DNA of 63,358 nt, the filler included, from Octopus bimaculoides (Eukaryota), in NCBI RefSeq assembly GCF_001194135.2. It is 7 parts of 5 records of this genome, joined end to end, with 100 filler letters (N's around TTAATTAATTAA, not from the genome) between each part and the next. Parts side by side here need not be neighbours in the genome. Positions count along the whole stretch, not along the records: positions 8,116 to 37,333 come from NC_069003.1; 6 more parts are not named here. One strand, given 5' to 3'. Made by a program: the position numbers and the translations under genes. The notes beneath the pieces are model-generated. The model searched no databases. It was not told where the DNA came from and saw nothing but the letters and a program-made list of their open reading frames with translations. Below, one piece after another: positions 24,591 through 37,275 of the stretch. How positions within the stretch are numbered: the stretch's first letter is position 1; each line of letters opens with the position of its first letter.

Positions 24591-24664
24591 CTTTACTTTT
24601 ATCCAACTTGTAAATCTGTTCATAATCTCGAACAGCTTCTTCATATTTTTCTAAATCTGTGTAG
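24591..24664 (-). CDS. DNAJC7: DNAJC7 internal exon (YTDLEKYEEAVRDYEQIYKLDKSK)
   Basis: tttctaacag acceptor, G|GTAAGA donor, 74 nt, YEEAVRDYE motif. Confidence 0.95.
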
Positions 24665-25182
24665 CTGTTAGAAATATAGGGAACAGTGGAATCATTTCAT
24701 GTTAATAATTCAAAACTATTTGACAAAAATATCTTCAGTAAAAAGAAATAATTTCTTATGTTGGCACAAGGCCATATATAAGGGGTTAGAACAGGGCAAC
24801 TGATTATATCAACTCCAGTACTTCACTGACACTTTATTTTATCAATTCCACAAGAATGAAAGATAAAGGAACTAAATACCCTTGACATTTTAATAATAAT
24901 GTCTGATATCTACAAGGGTGAAGTGTGAAGCAACTTTACAGAGGCAGCTTACAGTGCAAGAAAATAAAAGTAAACACTATATGAAGTTTCACAATGTCCC
25001 TAGGACAAGCACCTAGAGGCAAATCAAGGAACATCACAGATTCTGGATTAGCCCGATTACCAAGGTTGTCATCTCTCAACTAACATTCTATGCTCTCCAG
25101 ATATTAGTTGAGAGTAGGGCCATGCTTACCACTTTCACCTACCTTTTGATAAACCTAGTGAAACACCTCCCTCACTCCACAA

Positions 25183-25309
25183 GACAGGCTTCTTTCAGTT
25201 TCTGTCAACCAAATCCACTCATAAGACTTTGGCCGGCATGAGGTTATGGTAGAAGACACTTGCTCAAGGTGCCACAGTGGGACTGAATTGGAACAATGCA
25301 GTTAGGAAG
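25183..25309 (-). mobile_element. SINE family A, 5' half
   Basis: Reverse-complement homology to 26501-26660; similar partial copy at 21388-21522. Confidence 0.8.
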
Positions 25310-25579
25310 TAATGTTGTAAGTTAGGTGTGTGAGGTTGGATGTGGTCAATCTTCAATAGAAAACAGGTAGAATATTTAGGGCAGATGTGGCTGGATTAGA
25401 TGCAAAAGGGTTAATCAACATGGCTGAGATTAACACCATCCTAACAAAACATGATGTAACTCCACACTTCTGTGTGAATAAAGATGCATTTAACATCCAG
25501 AATGACATCTGTAGAACTATCTGGGATTACGAATATGAAGAGAACTGAAAGTAATGTCAAACAATAGAGATACCCTTAC

Positions 25580-25671
25580 CTTTTTGCTCTTCTTAAGTAG
25601 GCCTTTATATAATAATCATCTAACTCAATTGCTTTTGTACAGTCTTCGACTGATTCCTCTAATTTCTTCAA
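25580..25671 (-). CDS. DNAJC7: DNAJC7 internal exon ([30 protein letters not shown])
   Basis: ttttttctag acceptor, AG|GTAAGG donor, 92 nt, TPR peptide, phase consistent. Confidence 0.95.
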
Positions 25672-26151
25672 CTAGAAAAAAAGAAGAAAAAAAATTACTT
25701 TAACACAAGACCAGTATTTCATAAAAATAAAATACATAGACAATAAATTTATTTATTTTAGAATTAACTGAAGGAGAGAAAATTTAAACTCTCCAGCCTC
25801 TCTCCTAATAAGTACTTCAATTAAAACATAAGTTGGCGGAGTTCTGATTCAAGTACGTACTAAAACCCCTTGTAAATTTTTATTTTTATGAATTTTCACA
25901 AATTTTTTTCAATTCCGTCTTCTGCATAATGGAATTAATATAATATGATTATAAAAAAATTATCAATTTGTTTCTTTACAAATGCAAGCAGCTACAGTTA
26001 CTAAGCTTTTAAAAATAATCCAAATGCTGCAGTTATTCATTCTAACAACTCTAACTATAATAGAAAATAATTTCTCTGGCAGACTAGTATTGGTCTGAAA
26101 TACAGTCTTAATGAATGATACTACTTCCTATCTCTTCACATATAGCAATTA

Positions 26152-26194
<43 letters not shown>

Positions 26195-26259
26195 ACACCA
26201 TCAATAACTGGAATAGAAAAAATAAATCATAAAAAATAAAATTAAATTAAAACACATAC

Positions 26260-26424
26260 CTTTGCAGAAACTGTAGCTCGATTAAAATACAACTTTGAGT
26301 TTGTGTATTTATTGTGAGGGTCAATTAAAAGAGCTTCTGTGTAGACTTTGTAAGCATCTTCTAAGTTGCCCATACGGAAAGCTTGATTACCTTCCTCCTT
26401 TTTACTCATCATCAACTTGGCTTT
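26260..26424 (-). CDS. DNAJC7: DNAJC7 internal exon (KAKLMMSKKEEGNQAFRMGNLEDAYKVYTEALLIDPHNKYTNSKLYFNRATVSAK)
   Basis: cttttattgcag acceptor, AAG|GTATGT donor, 165 nt. Classic TPR (KEEGN...YTEAL.IDP.N...N.KLY.NR). Confidence 0.95.
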
Positions 26425-26500
26425 CTGCAATAAAAGATATTTATAAATGATATATAGTTGGGTTACATTGATGAATTACTGCTGTGCAGGGGTGGCCATA

Positions 26501-26674
26501 GGCGCAGGAGTGGCTATGTGGTAAGTAGCTTGCTTACCAACCACATGGTTCCGGGTTCAGTCTCACTGCGTGGCACCTTGGGCGAGTGTCTTCTAATATA
26601 GCCTCGGGCCGACCAAAGCCTTGTGAGTGGATTTGGTAGACGGAAACTGAAAAGAAGCCCGTCGTGTATATATA

Positions 26675-26717
<43 letters not shown>

Positions 26718-26809
26718 GTGTGTGTGTGTGTGTATGTTTGTGTCCCCCCAACATCACTTGACAACCAATGCTGGTGTGTTTACGTCCCCGTAACTTAGCG
26801 GTTTGGCAA
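26501..26809 (+). mobile_element. tRNA-derived SINE, family A, DNAJC7 intron (truncated at a gap)
   Basis: GGCGCAGGAGTGGCTATGTGGTAAG...GGTTCCGGGTTCAGTC...GGAAACTGAAAAGAAGCCCGTCG plus microsatellite. Confidence 0.9.
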
Positions 26810-26825
26810 NNNNNNNNNNNNNNNT

Positions 26826-27069
26826 GGCTTGTGCGGGTGGCACATAAAAGACACCATTTCGAGCGTGGCCGTTTTCGTGCGGGTGACACGTAAAAGCACC
26901 CACTACACTCTCTGAGTGGTTGGCGTTAGGAAGGGCATCCAGCTGTAGAAACTCTGCCAAATCAGACTGGAGCCTGGTGTTGCCATCCGGTTTCACCAGT
27001 CCTCAGTCAAATCGTCCAACCCATGCTAGCATGGAAAGCGGACGTTAAACGATGATGATGATGATGATG
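26826..27069 (+). mobile_element. RTE-type LINE 3' tail with (GAT)n end
   Basis: ...CCAACCCATGCTAGCATGGAAAGCGGACGTTAAACGATGATGATG; same family in reverse at about 12951-13165, 17703-17886, 18415-18722, 21045-21140 and 61498-61870. RTE assignment is from recalled family structure. Confidence 0.7.
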
Positions 27070-27494
27070 ATACAGAGAATGGTGCAGCAGCTTAAACACA
27101 CACATCCTAGATCAAAGCTGGGTTGAGTGAGAAAGAATCACTCACAAATACCAACCCACATTGCTACAACTGTCTCTGATTCCTTCCAAAACCTGCCTAT
27201 GAGACTATCCTTTCCTCAAACTTCCTTAACGGAGTTTCCATCCCAGAGTCCCTGTAAAACATTTCACCTTGTCCTTCCTTCCCAGAATTCCAACACTCTG
27301 AAGTCCCACTTAAGCCCCAACCTGCCCATGTTTGTGCTAAACTGCATCATTGCTAACACATCACAGTCATCATCCGTCCTCCCTATAAAACTGAGAATTC
27401 TTATTCTTCCCTACTCCATGGAATAGGCTAGAATTGTCACTCAGAAAGTCAAACAATAAAAAGAATTAATTTTTTTAGAGAAACGATAAAATAT

Positions 27495-27745
27495 ATAAAA
27501 CAAAAAATGGACTATATACCTGTTGTAACTTGGTTATCAATAGTCCGATGATATTTCGGAATTAGAATTCCTTCTTCAGATCTTATTTGCTGGAGTCTCT
27601 GCTATAAACTTTATCGGACTATAGATAACCAAGTTACAACAGGTATATAGTCCATTTTTTGTTCTATAGTGCATTGTTATACCATTCTAAACTTTTTATT
27701 CTTTACAAACAATACACAATGCTTCAAGCGAACTACAATACTCTC
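27495..27745. mobile_element. Foldback/MITE, copy 2 (left arm truncated, right arm ends CTCTC), in a DNAJC7 intron
   Basis: CAAAAAATGGACTATATACCTGTTGTAACTTGGTTATC...GATAACCAAGTTACAACAGGTATATAGTCCATTTTTTG; same internal spacer as copy 1. Confidence 0.8.
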
Positions 27746-27785
27746 TTAAAATATATAAAATCAAAATGAAAAGAAAAAAACTTGC

Positions 27786-27939
27786 CTTATAAAGTTCTTT
27801 AGACTTTTGATGATCTGGAACCAACTTTAAGACTTGTTGGAAGTGCTGGAATGCTTTTTCAGTGAAATCTTGGTAACAGAGACACATGCCACGTACAAAA
27901 AGTGCATCTGCGTTCATATTGTCTCTTTGTAAGACATCA
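27786..27939 (-). CDS. DNAJC7: DNAJC7 internal exon (DVLQRDNMNADALFVRGMCLCYQDFTEKAFQHFQQVLKLVPDHQKSKELYK), GC donor
   Basis: tattttacag acceptor, 154 nt, ends AAG|GCAAGT. TPR motif NADALFVRG; phase 2 start matches the previous exon. Confidence 0.93.
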
Positions 27940-28203
27940 CTGTAAAATACGGTTGGGAATTGTTAATGTGTTGAAATGAAAACAAATCTATGAATTGTTA
28001 CAATTTAAAAGACTGGGATTGAAAATATTTTACACTAACAGACAAGGATGAAACTCATGGACACACATGCACACATATGACATTCGGTTTTGTGCAGATT
28101 TCAACCAACTCATGGGGTGATGTGCATGATGAAAGAGTTTTAAGAAAAATGTAATACAGCCAGTAGAGTTTCTCTCTCACACAAAAAATAGAAATAAAAT
28201 TAC

Positions 28204-28322
28204 TTTGCCAATTCATGAGACTCTTGGAGACGGCCCAACATAGCGAGAGCCTCAGCTTTCTTGATCTTAAATTTCAAACAGTTAGGAGATAAATTTAAGC
28301 ATCTGTCAATATAAAATACTGC
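28204..28322 (-). CDS. DNAJC7: DnaJ homolog subfamily C member 7, internal exon (AVFYIDRCLNLSPNCLKFKIKKAEALAMLGRLQESHELA); most 5' exon found
   Basis: ttcttctgtttttcag acceptor, AA|GTA donor, 119 nt. TPR peptide aligns by eye to human [39 protein letters not shown]. Confidence 0.93.
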
Positions 28323-29119
28323 CTGAAAAACAGAAGAAAAAAGAAAATTTTATTACATCTTGGTTCAATAAAAGCTTTATTGACTGGCATTATAATAAAT
28401 CTAATGTCAAACAATAGACAAATCTCTTTCAATGATAGCAATTGTCTAAGGTCATTAATTTAATAAGGTGCTGCTAACCAATTAAAATTACATGTGACAG
28501 TAAGATAAAGCTGTGAAAATAATTTTCTGTAACAATGCTTTATACAAATACAAAAACTAAAAAGGTTATTAATGAAGCCTTTTTCAAACTTCAGTAGTCA
28601 TTAGGGCGTATCCCAGAGCAAGGAACAAAATTCTGTTTTAGCTCAGTACAGTTCTAAGGACAACAATTTCCTCTTCATAGCTGAGTGATCAGCTGGAAGA
28701 TTGTCATACTTATTACTTGTGGAAGTGTCAATTCATTTGGAGCAGATGATTTGCTACAACACACATACACACACACGCGCAATCCTATCAGTGGATTTTC
28801 CACTAAGGGCACAAGGCTTGAAATTTGGGAGAAGGGAACTAGTTGATTACATTGAGCCCAGTGTTTCACTGACCGGTAATTTATCAACCCCAGAGAGATG
28901 AAAAGCAAAGTCAGCCTCAGCAGAATTCTGGATTCAGAACCTAGCAATGGGTGAAATAGCACTAAGCATTTCATCCAGCGTACTAATAGTTCTGCCAGTT
29001 CTGCTACGACTTGCAGGGGAAGTAATTAATTTTTTTTTTTTTTTTTTAAAGGAGTAAATTATTTGTAGATTAAGATGATATATATATTCATGAACTTAAT
29101 ATTTATATTGTCCAAAATT

Positions 29120-29630
29120 GGTTATTTGATTTAATCAAGGCACAGTTGATATTTTTCAATAATATGTAGTCTGTTTATTGTACAGCAGTTCCACTGCATT
29201 GGTATACAGGGAAAATTTTGAAGTTTGGTTTGGAGATTCCCTTCACTTTTCTCTATGCATTCACTTAATGCTATTTATTTATATCTTGGGAAATAGAGTT
29301 CTTCTCTATGCAGTGCTATTCTCCATCTGAGCAACATACTTGTTTACTGTATATAGTTGTGTCCACATCCTGCACAAGTTATGGTGTAGATTAAGTTTTT
29401 GGATGCACACATAAACAGTCTTAATTTTGAATCTTTGTCTTTGTTTAAAATATAATTCTGAACCTTTCAATAGGTTGGGACATGTTCACAGTTAAGTTGC
29501 CTGCATTTTTAAACTCCTGATTCTGTTGTTGTTGGATATAATTTTGCATCTATCAGTATTCTCTTTAGTGATTTTGGTTGGTAGCCTTTGGAGTTTATTG
29601 ATGTTGATAGTAAAAGCATTTCTGCTGTGA
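29120..29630 (-). mobile_element. Penelope-like element, GIY-YIG endonuclease fragment in a DNAJC7 intron
   Basis: FMCASKNLIYTITCAGCGHNYI..T..LR.R...HR...Y..IALSE; ends YIIEKYQLCLD*. Stops and frameshifts. Confidence 0.8.
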
Positions 29631-30769
29631 AGTCAACCAGTATAAAAGGATATGCAATTTACAATGTAAGCATTCTGTTTAAATACTATTATTATCAAAT
29701 ACCTTTTGCTTTTTGTTCAACAAAAATGAATAAAACACACACACACATACAGGGGTGAGTGGACAAAGGGGGGGGAAGCAGCACTCAACACATTGTGTAG
29801 GAGTTACATATATTATTTAAAACAGTTTGATTTGGTCCCATGCAACAAAAGTTTCGTAGGCACTTTTTACAGAAACCTAGTTGATCAGGCTCAGTTAGGT
29901 CCATTAGAAGAACTATATTATTTCAGAAGCAAAAAATTTTGTATTTTAGTAGTTTATATTAACATTTTGAAAATGATAGTATTTATATATAAGCCTAATT
30001 GATTATTTATTATTTTAATCTTCACATTAAATAATCCATACTAAAGCTTAACTGCAAAAACTCAGTGACTATATGCCTACCAGTTGTACCAAACTATTAT
30101 AATCACTATCATAGAAAACTGTATTATCTATCATAATGATCTAAACTGTTTGTCACACATCAGTTAACTTCAACAATATTCTGTCATTTCACCCTGAATA
30201 TGGTGATGAACGGGGGGAAAATGGATAACATCTGGTTTGCACACATATATGTTCCCCTAATATATAGGGGTAACAAAATACTATATACACAGATACTGTA
30301 TTTAATGATTGTTCAGAGAATCTTACTTTTGAAAATTTAAATATGGCAGCTGCATTGCAGCCTTGAAAAGTAGCAAAAACTGCTACTTGTAGCCCAATCT
30401 CATAATAACCAAACACAAACACAAGATATTCAGAATACACTGAATGCCACTATAGAATACGATAGATTGGGATTATTTTTTACCCTACTAGCTAATCACA
30501 CACACACACACACACACACAAAGGAATGAAACATTTCTTAAAAGGGCTCTACATGTAGACTGAAGAAAATAAATACTTATCTGTAATAAAAGCATTTTAT
30601 ATATATTTTATTATATATAGTTTTTAAAATGACTACATTGGTTTCTACCATTTAATTTACAAAATAAGTATTTCTTTATACACAACTTTTGGGAAACAAA
30701 TGGGCAGTGAATACCAATAGATAATATGATTGGTTATAATTGCTTATCCCTCACCATCTCCACCATATG

Positions 30770-31360
30770 TTGGGTCATTCCATAAATAATGCGGTTTTTT
30801 TCAATTGCATGAACTAAAAGTTGGAGTGCAGTTTGATTTTGACAGTTATTTTTTCAAAGCTATAATGGAAGTGACAAAGGAGCATATTTGGAATATTTTA
30901 CTTTGAGTTCAATAAAGGCAACAATGCAACAGAAGGTGTGAGGAATATTAATGCAGGATATGGGGATTGGACAATAAGCATAAGCCAGTGTCAATGGTGG
31001 TTCCAGAAATTCTGAGCCAGAAACTACAGCCTAGAAGACAAGTCTCGTCCTGGAAGATTAGTAGAGCTTGACAAGGATGTCCTGCAAAACCTGGTGGAAC
31101 AAAATCCTATCATAACTGTTGAGGAACTAGCAGAGAAGCTTGGATTTGGTCATTCAACCATTCATCGATACCTGCATGCCATCGGCAAAGTCAGCAGATT
31201 GAGTCAATGGATTCCTCACAAACTTTCCAAGTCTAATCACATGCAGAGAGTGAATGTGTGCTCTTCTTTGCTGTCACATCTCAGGAATGAACCCTTTTTT
31301 TTTTGGGACCAAATAGTAACTGGTGACGAAAAATGGGTTCTCTATAAAAATGTCAAGTGC
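30770..31360 (+). mobile_element. Mariner transposon, 5' part, degenerate (pseudogenized transposase)
   Basis: TIR-like TTGGGTCATTCCATAAATAATGCGGTTTT; ATG at 30865 (MEVTKEHI...EFNKG.NA), HTH region, SQWIPHKL (WVPHEL-like), IVTGDEKWVLY (first D of the DD34D triad). Frameshift and stop; 3' half absent. Confidence 0.92.
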
Positions 31361-31422
31361 CAGTATTTAAGCCAGTATGTGATATTGTTGAACCAACAAA
31401 AAATGAGGTGAGACACATTTAA

Positions 31423-31638
31423 CCCTGAAGTCTTCAGCTTACTCTGTCAAATATAACACTTATTCACAATGTTTTGAATTAATAACCTATTATCTTGTAA
31501 CTTCAAGATTTCAATTATGTGATTGTTTATTTTTACATTGACATTGTATGGTAGATGTGGGAGGCTAGATCCAACCAGTTTGAACATAAAATAAGTAGAT
31601 TATTTTGGCCGGATGTGGCCAGCTTAAATGCTACAGGG
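31423..31638. mobile_element. piggyBac-type MITE
   Basis: TTAA-CCCT...AGGG-TTAA; body shared with 33959-34168 and 37764-37972. Confidence 0.8.
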
Positions 31639-32486
31639 TTAATATAAACTGGTGAAATATATAACTGATATACAGAGCAGAAACAAACATGGAACAATAA
31701 CTAATGACAGTTTTGGTAAAATAGAGACTGGGGAATAATGGAAATAAAACTTGTAACTATAGAAGGATCTGAAATATATTTTCATTAAAACTGTAGGGAA
31801 GATAATTTGGAAATTTTAATCTAGAAAGGTGAGGTAGTAAACTATAACAATATAGCTATGTTCCCAAGCTTGGGTTAAGTTCATGCACTGTGGTGATGTG
31901 TAAACACTGATTTCTTCAGTGACTGTTGACATGGTGACAAGAAGCAGATAATATTAGGAAATAAACACTAAAATATTATGTACTCCCAAAAAATATAGTT
32001 CATATCAGTCACAAAGTAATGTAATAGAAACAAACTACGGACATACTAGAAATAAATACATGCAAAATAATGTAGCAATATGTGAAATAATAATAAAGCA
32101 ACATACATGAAATAATTATATGTATATATATATATATATGGGAAGTAATAATGAATTTAATATGAAAATGTGGCTAGAGTATTAAAAGGAGGTTATCTAT
32201 AACTAATATTACAGACATGCATGCTTTGGTATGTGTGTAGGGAGTGTGCAACCAAACGGGAAAGAGGTGAAATCCTACTCTGTACATTAGGTATTGCCGA
32301 CCTGTATTTATAGCATAGATCATGTGAGATTTCAGTTGGTCAACAACAACAATATATAACACTACACACGTTTTACTAAATATACCCAAAAATCTCTGCT
32401 CTTTTAAAAATTAAGTCATTGAAACAGAGGGGATGGACTGAAGTACATATGTGTACATACATACATACATATATATATATATATAG

Positions 32487-32519
<33 letters not shown>

Positions 32520-32560
32520 CATATGTACGTATACATATGTATGAATATATATGCATATAT

Positions 32561-32680
32561 TCTTGTTTCAGTCATTTGACTGCAGCCATGCTGGAGCACC
32601 GCCTTTATTTGAATAAATCAACCCCAGGACTTATTCTTTGTAAGCCTAGTACTTATTCTATTGGTTGTCAAGCGATGGTG

Positions 32681-32712
<32 letters not shown>

Positions 32713-32858
32713 ACAGGATTCTTTCAGTTTCCACCTACCAAATCCACTCACAAGGCTTTGGTTGGCCCGAGGCTATAGTAGAAGACACTTGCTAAAGGTG
32801 TCACACAGTGGGACTGAACCCGAAACCATGTGGTTGGTAAGCAAGCTACTTACCACAC
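32561..32858 (-). mobile_element. SINE family A
   Basis: TTTCAGTCATTTGACTGCAGCCATGCTGGAGCACC...GGGACTGAACCCGAAACCATGTGG; internal deletion. More degenerate copies at about 7388-7530, 19146-19498, 36600-36750, 42510-42670 and 48205-48380. Confidence 0.85.
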
Positions 32859-32885
32859 ACACACACACGTATGTATGTGTGTGTG

Positions 32886-32916
<31 letters not shown>

Positions 32917-33813
32917 ATGTGTGTGTATATATAGTCTAACCAATGCCAGCATGGAAACAGACGTTAAACGATAACAATGATATACATGTGTGTGTGTACT
33001 AGCTTAAAAGCTGCCCAATAGGGAGGCTTTTGTGCTAGCTCCTGTGGAGGGCTCTTCATTTGGCCTTGGGCCCAACAACGACACTTCATGCATTGAGTAC
33101 GAATTAAATTTTATCAAACTTGAATATTTTTAAGCAATGAACAATTTTCACCAAAACAATCACATAATTCGTCAACTCGGAACTTATTGCAAAGCTACAT
33201 GATAAACAACAATACCACCACCATCACCACCACATTTGCCATATACACCATTCAGACATCTGACGCCACCACCATTAATACCTTTGATTTCACCACCCCC
33301 CCCACCACCACCACCATCACCTGTCTCTCACATCGCTTACTCTCACCATCACCCATGGCCACCTCGGCTACCGCCACTGCCTCTATCACAACTACAGGTC
33401 ACATTATTACTACCACCCCATTACCATCAGTGTTCAGTTCCTCTTTCTCTCTCTCTCTCATTATTACTCCCACTGCCACCATCAACACTACTACTTTTAA
33501 CAAAACATCTCTCCCTAAATTTCTTTCTCTCTCTCTCTCTTTGCCACCACCCTCACCGTCTTTATGCCTACTATTACTCTCACCCCAGCACAAGTAGAAG
33601 TGTCATTGAACAGTGAGGCGGGGGGGGGGGGGGGGGTCAAAGTGTGACACACTGAAATTAATTTCCGCATTTATTATATTAGATGTATGTATGTGTATAT
33701 ATATATATATATATATTAAACCTATATAGAAATTTGATTAAAAAACAATGAATAAAAAAAAATTCTGAGGGGAATTTTTGGATTGTTGTATCTAAGCATT
33801 TCACTATATTTAA

Positions 33814-34242
33814 CCCTTTTGTTACCATATTCCTGTAAGAATACACTGCTTTTGATTCGATTAATTTTGAAATAATTTACAATTTTGTAAAATAAACTTA
33901 GGCTGGTGTTTGTAACATAAATTAGCATGAAATTTTTAAAGGTAAAGTTTTAATTTAACCCTTTAGTATTTAGATTACTGTCAAATTTAATGTTAATTTA
34001 CCCAAATTATTTTCAACTAATCATTTATCATTTCATAGCTTCGAGATTTTGATGTTGTTATTGTCTACTTTTTGAATGACATTGTGAGGAAAGGCTGAAT
34101 CTAGTCATTTTGAACATAAAACAATTAGAATATTTTGGCTGGATATGGCTGGTTTAAATGCTAATGGGTTCAAATCACTTTCAAACATTAAATTTGTATT
34201 ATAGAACCCAAGGTTGATGTCAGAGGGTTAGTATCAAAAGGG
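33814..34242. mobile_element. piggyBac-type MITE (outer) containing a second piggyBac-type MITE (33959-34168)
   Basis: Outer TTAA-CCCTTTTG...CAAAAGGG-TTAA; inner TTAA-CCCTTTAG...TAATGGG-TTCA. Confidence 0.8.
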
Positions 34243-37234
34243 TTAATATGTGAACATATTTTTACCATATCAATTGGTGTAGCCTCTAAGATTCCCCTAA
34301 GTACCTATAGATGCAGCACAATTAATGATATTCAGTAATCTTAACATAATAGTAATATATAAATCATTCAGGAAAGAATGATTTTTAATGAGTAATGAGT
34401 AGATTTTAAAAAAAAAAAAATTTTTTTAAACAGTTTGGCATGGCAAGGGTGAAAAATAAATTCCATAAAGTACAATGACTCACCATATGGATGGTTAGAA
34501 AATTTGGCAGACATAATAGACTAGATTTCGTCCTGTATGCAGAAACTTAAGAATAGCTCTGAAGTCAGGCTTTCTTCTAAGTTGATGCCAATTCGTAGTG
34601 AAAAGACCAGCAGCAATGTAGCACAGTCTCAATGTATACCCTAGAATTCCAAATGACAACAGCATGAAAAATCAGTCATGAAAACCCACTGATCAGATTT
34701 CATTTTCTTAAATGACTGTTTTACTACACTGGTAGATGTTGTGGCCGTACTTGTCACACTAACCAAACAACTGGCAGAGCACCGACAAGCTGTGCAGTGC
34801 ATCTAGAGATGGATTCAAGATGACTTTTTTTTTTTTTAGTATATATTGTGTATACTGAAAAAAAAAAAGATTTTTTTATGAGTGTCGTTAATGTGAGGAT
34901 AATGATTAGATGAATGAAGAAGGATTTTAATTTGTTATCACTACAGATTGCAGTAATCTATCAGAATAGCTAAAATAATAATAAATCTAAGAATCAAAGC
35001 TGATATAAGTCAGATGAGGCAGAAAGAGAGAGAGACACAATACCTCAAGTATAATGTAAGAAACAAATTAGTCAAAACTCAAGTGCTTTTTCAAACTGCA
35101 GGATTCTAGAAGATTATGTCTCCCTTGAGACATGGAGGAAATAAATGTAATGACGAAAAGGACAAAATAAAATATTTTTCACATGCAAACAACATAGAAC
35201 AGCAAATTCAAAGCAGGCAAACATCTCATTTGCAAAATGATAGAATTATTTCTCCTCCTCAACCACAGTAAATTGATTTACTCTTCAGTCATTGCACTAC
35301 AGTTGAGAAGGGATATATTATTCAAAGGTGTTAGTCAATTATTTCAACCACGGTACTTAAGTACATATTTTGATGACCTCGGTAAAGATGAAATCAAAGT
35401 CAGGAAAAATTGGAGAAAACAAGAATTCCAAAAGGACAATCTTCTTTAGAGGAATGGGTCAAGAGGTGGAGGTTAGAATACAGGTGACGAAAGAGTCGAG
35501 TGAATGAGTAGTGCCCAACTGGAAGATAGCTGTGTGGGGAAAAAATAATCCCTCTCGTAGTCAATCAATCAGAGGTTGGAGTGAATTGGTGAAATGTTAT
35601 CACACCAAGCGCTCTGGTGATCGTTTTTGGGATGAAGTCACCATGTTCACGTGCATCTCACTTCAGTGTTGTAAAAAGCCAGTAGTTGCAGGAGTACTGA
35701 AGTATACCTCAGCACTGAAAAGGAGGACACTAATTTGAGCTAGAGCCAAGACATTCACTTATGGTGAGGCCTAGCATATGTAATGGCCTTGTGTTGTTGA
35801 GACAACCTTTTGTAATCAGTATAGGTTCGCATGTGGATGACACTTGGGTGTTGAATTTTAAACATAGCAGCACAGTTGAGAGCAAGATCAAGTAGATCCT
35901 TGAGGCATAGCTGATAGAGTGTAGGGTCTTTTTAACCCACAGCATATGGTGTAATTCTGTGATCTGACAGGAGGCTTGCCATCTAAGATGAAAGTTTGCT
36001 GGAGCCAATAGTCTGCCAGTTTTACATGTAGATTTATGTGCCAAACATTGTCAACTATCTGTCACATTTCAATAAGCTGTGGTAGATACTGGACATCAGG
36101 AATGAATTCAGAATCATGCAATGAAGAGGAATATTTTTTAAACAGTTAGACCATATCCCATATTTATCTCTGCATAATACATACTTCTTTCTCCGGGTTT
36201 TTAAACCTAGACATTAAAGGTACACATTATACAAGAACTGGATGCTTTTTTTTTTTTTTAAATCACAAATGTAAATTTACACTATATGCCACAAAATTAC
36301 AAAACACTGGATGGAGTATTTTAAAATGTTTTTGTCATGCTTTGAAAATTTTAAGTGTTTCAGTTTTATGTAAAAAAAAAATTTATTAAGAAAAGAGTTT
36401 ATATTTAAATTTAAAAAAAAAAGCTTGGTTGTGTTTTGCAATAAGCATGCTTCTCAAGAATTTAGAGGGAGAGTTAAAATTATAGAGTTAATAAACAGTA
36501 TTGAGTAGTTGAAAGAAAATGCTATCTCCTATAATTCAAAGTGATCTTCTGCGTTATAAATGACTAAAGCTACTTATCAGTTTATAATAAAGAAACATAA
36601 GGCAGTAGGGTGTGGCTTGAGAGAATCTGGTTGCTCTTTCTGACACACCTAGCTATTGCAAAGGCACCACAAGTGCCTTCTACCATAGCCTTGGAGAGAC
36701 CAAATTTTTGTGAGTGGATTTGGTAGATGGAAACTGGACGAAGCCTGTTTGTGTTGATTTAATGTGATGGTTGTAAATGAGCATCACTGTCATACAAGTG
36801 GTGTTTGTTTTACAGTCTTCTGTGAGAAACATGCCTAGCCACAAGGAAACTTTCCCTTACCTGGAAACAGGTGAAGGCATCTACCCACAGAAAGTGTGCC
36901 TCAACAAATTCCACCTGATCTATGCAAGCATGGAAAAGTGGGACATTAAACAATGATTACCATTTTCTATTGATTTCATTGCTGCTGCTGTTGTGGCTTA
37001 GTACCCAAAATTAGTCAGGAAATTAAACAGTACTCAATGAGCAACATTATAAACTCAACGCCAGTTAAGCAGTAAAGTTACTTTGTCTTGTTTGAGAGTA
37101 ATTATAAGTAATTTGCTTTTTCTGTAGATCATAATAGTAAAAAAAAAATTTTTTTAAGTCATTATACATGGAAGACACCCTGCCTCCTGTGATTTCAATG
37201 CCCATAATTAGATCTGCATATTATACACAAATAA

Positions 37235-37275
<41 letters not shown>

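Noticed and set aside
26153-26193. A41 run in a DNAJC7 intron
   Set aside because: No attached retro-sequence or TSD; treated as a simple homopolymer.
30327-30361. 35-nt minus-strand segment with a good GTAAGA donor as a DNAJC7 exon
   Set aside because: It encodes no TPR-like peptide and does not join exon 28322 sensibly.
33187-33640. Thr/Pro-rich ORFs and a G-run
   Set aside because: Low-complexity ACC/CT repeats; the homopolymer G-run alone does not support a functional G-quadruplex claim.
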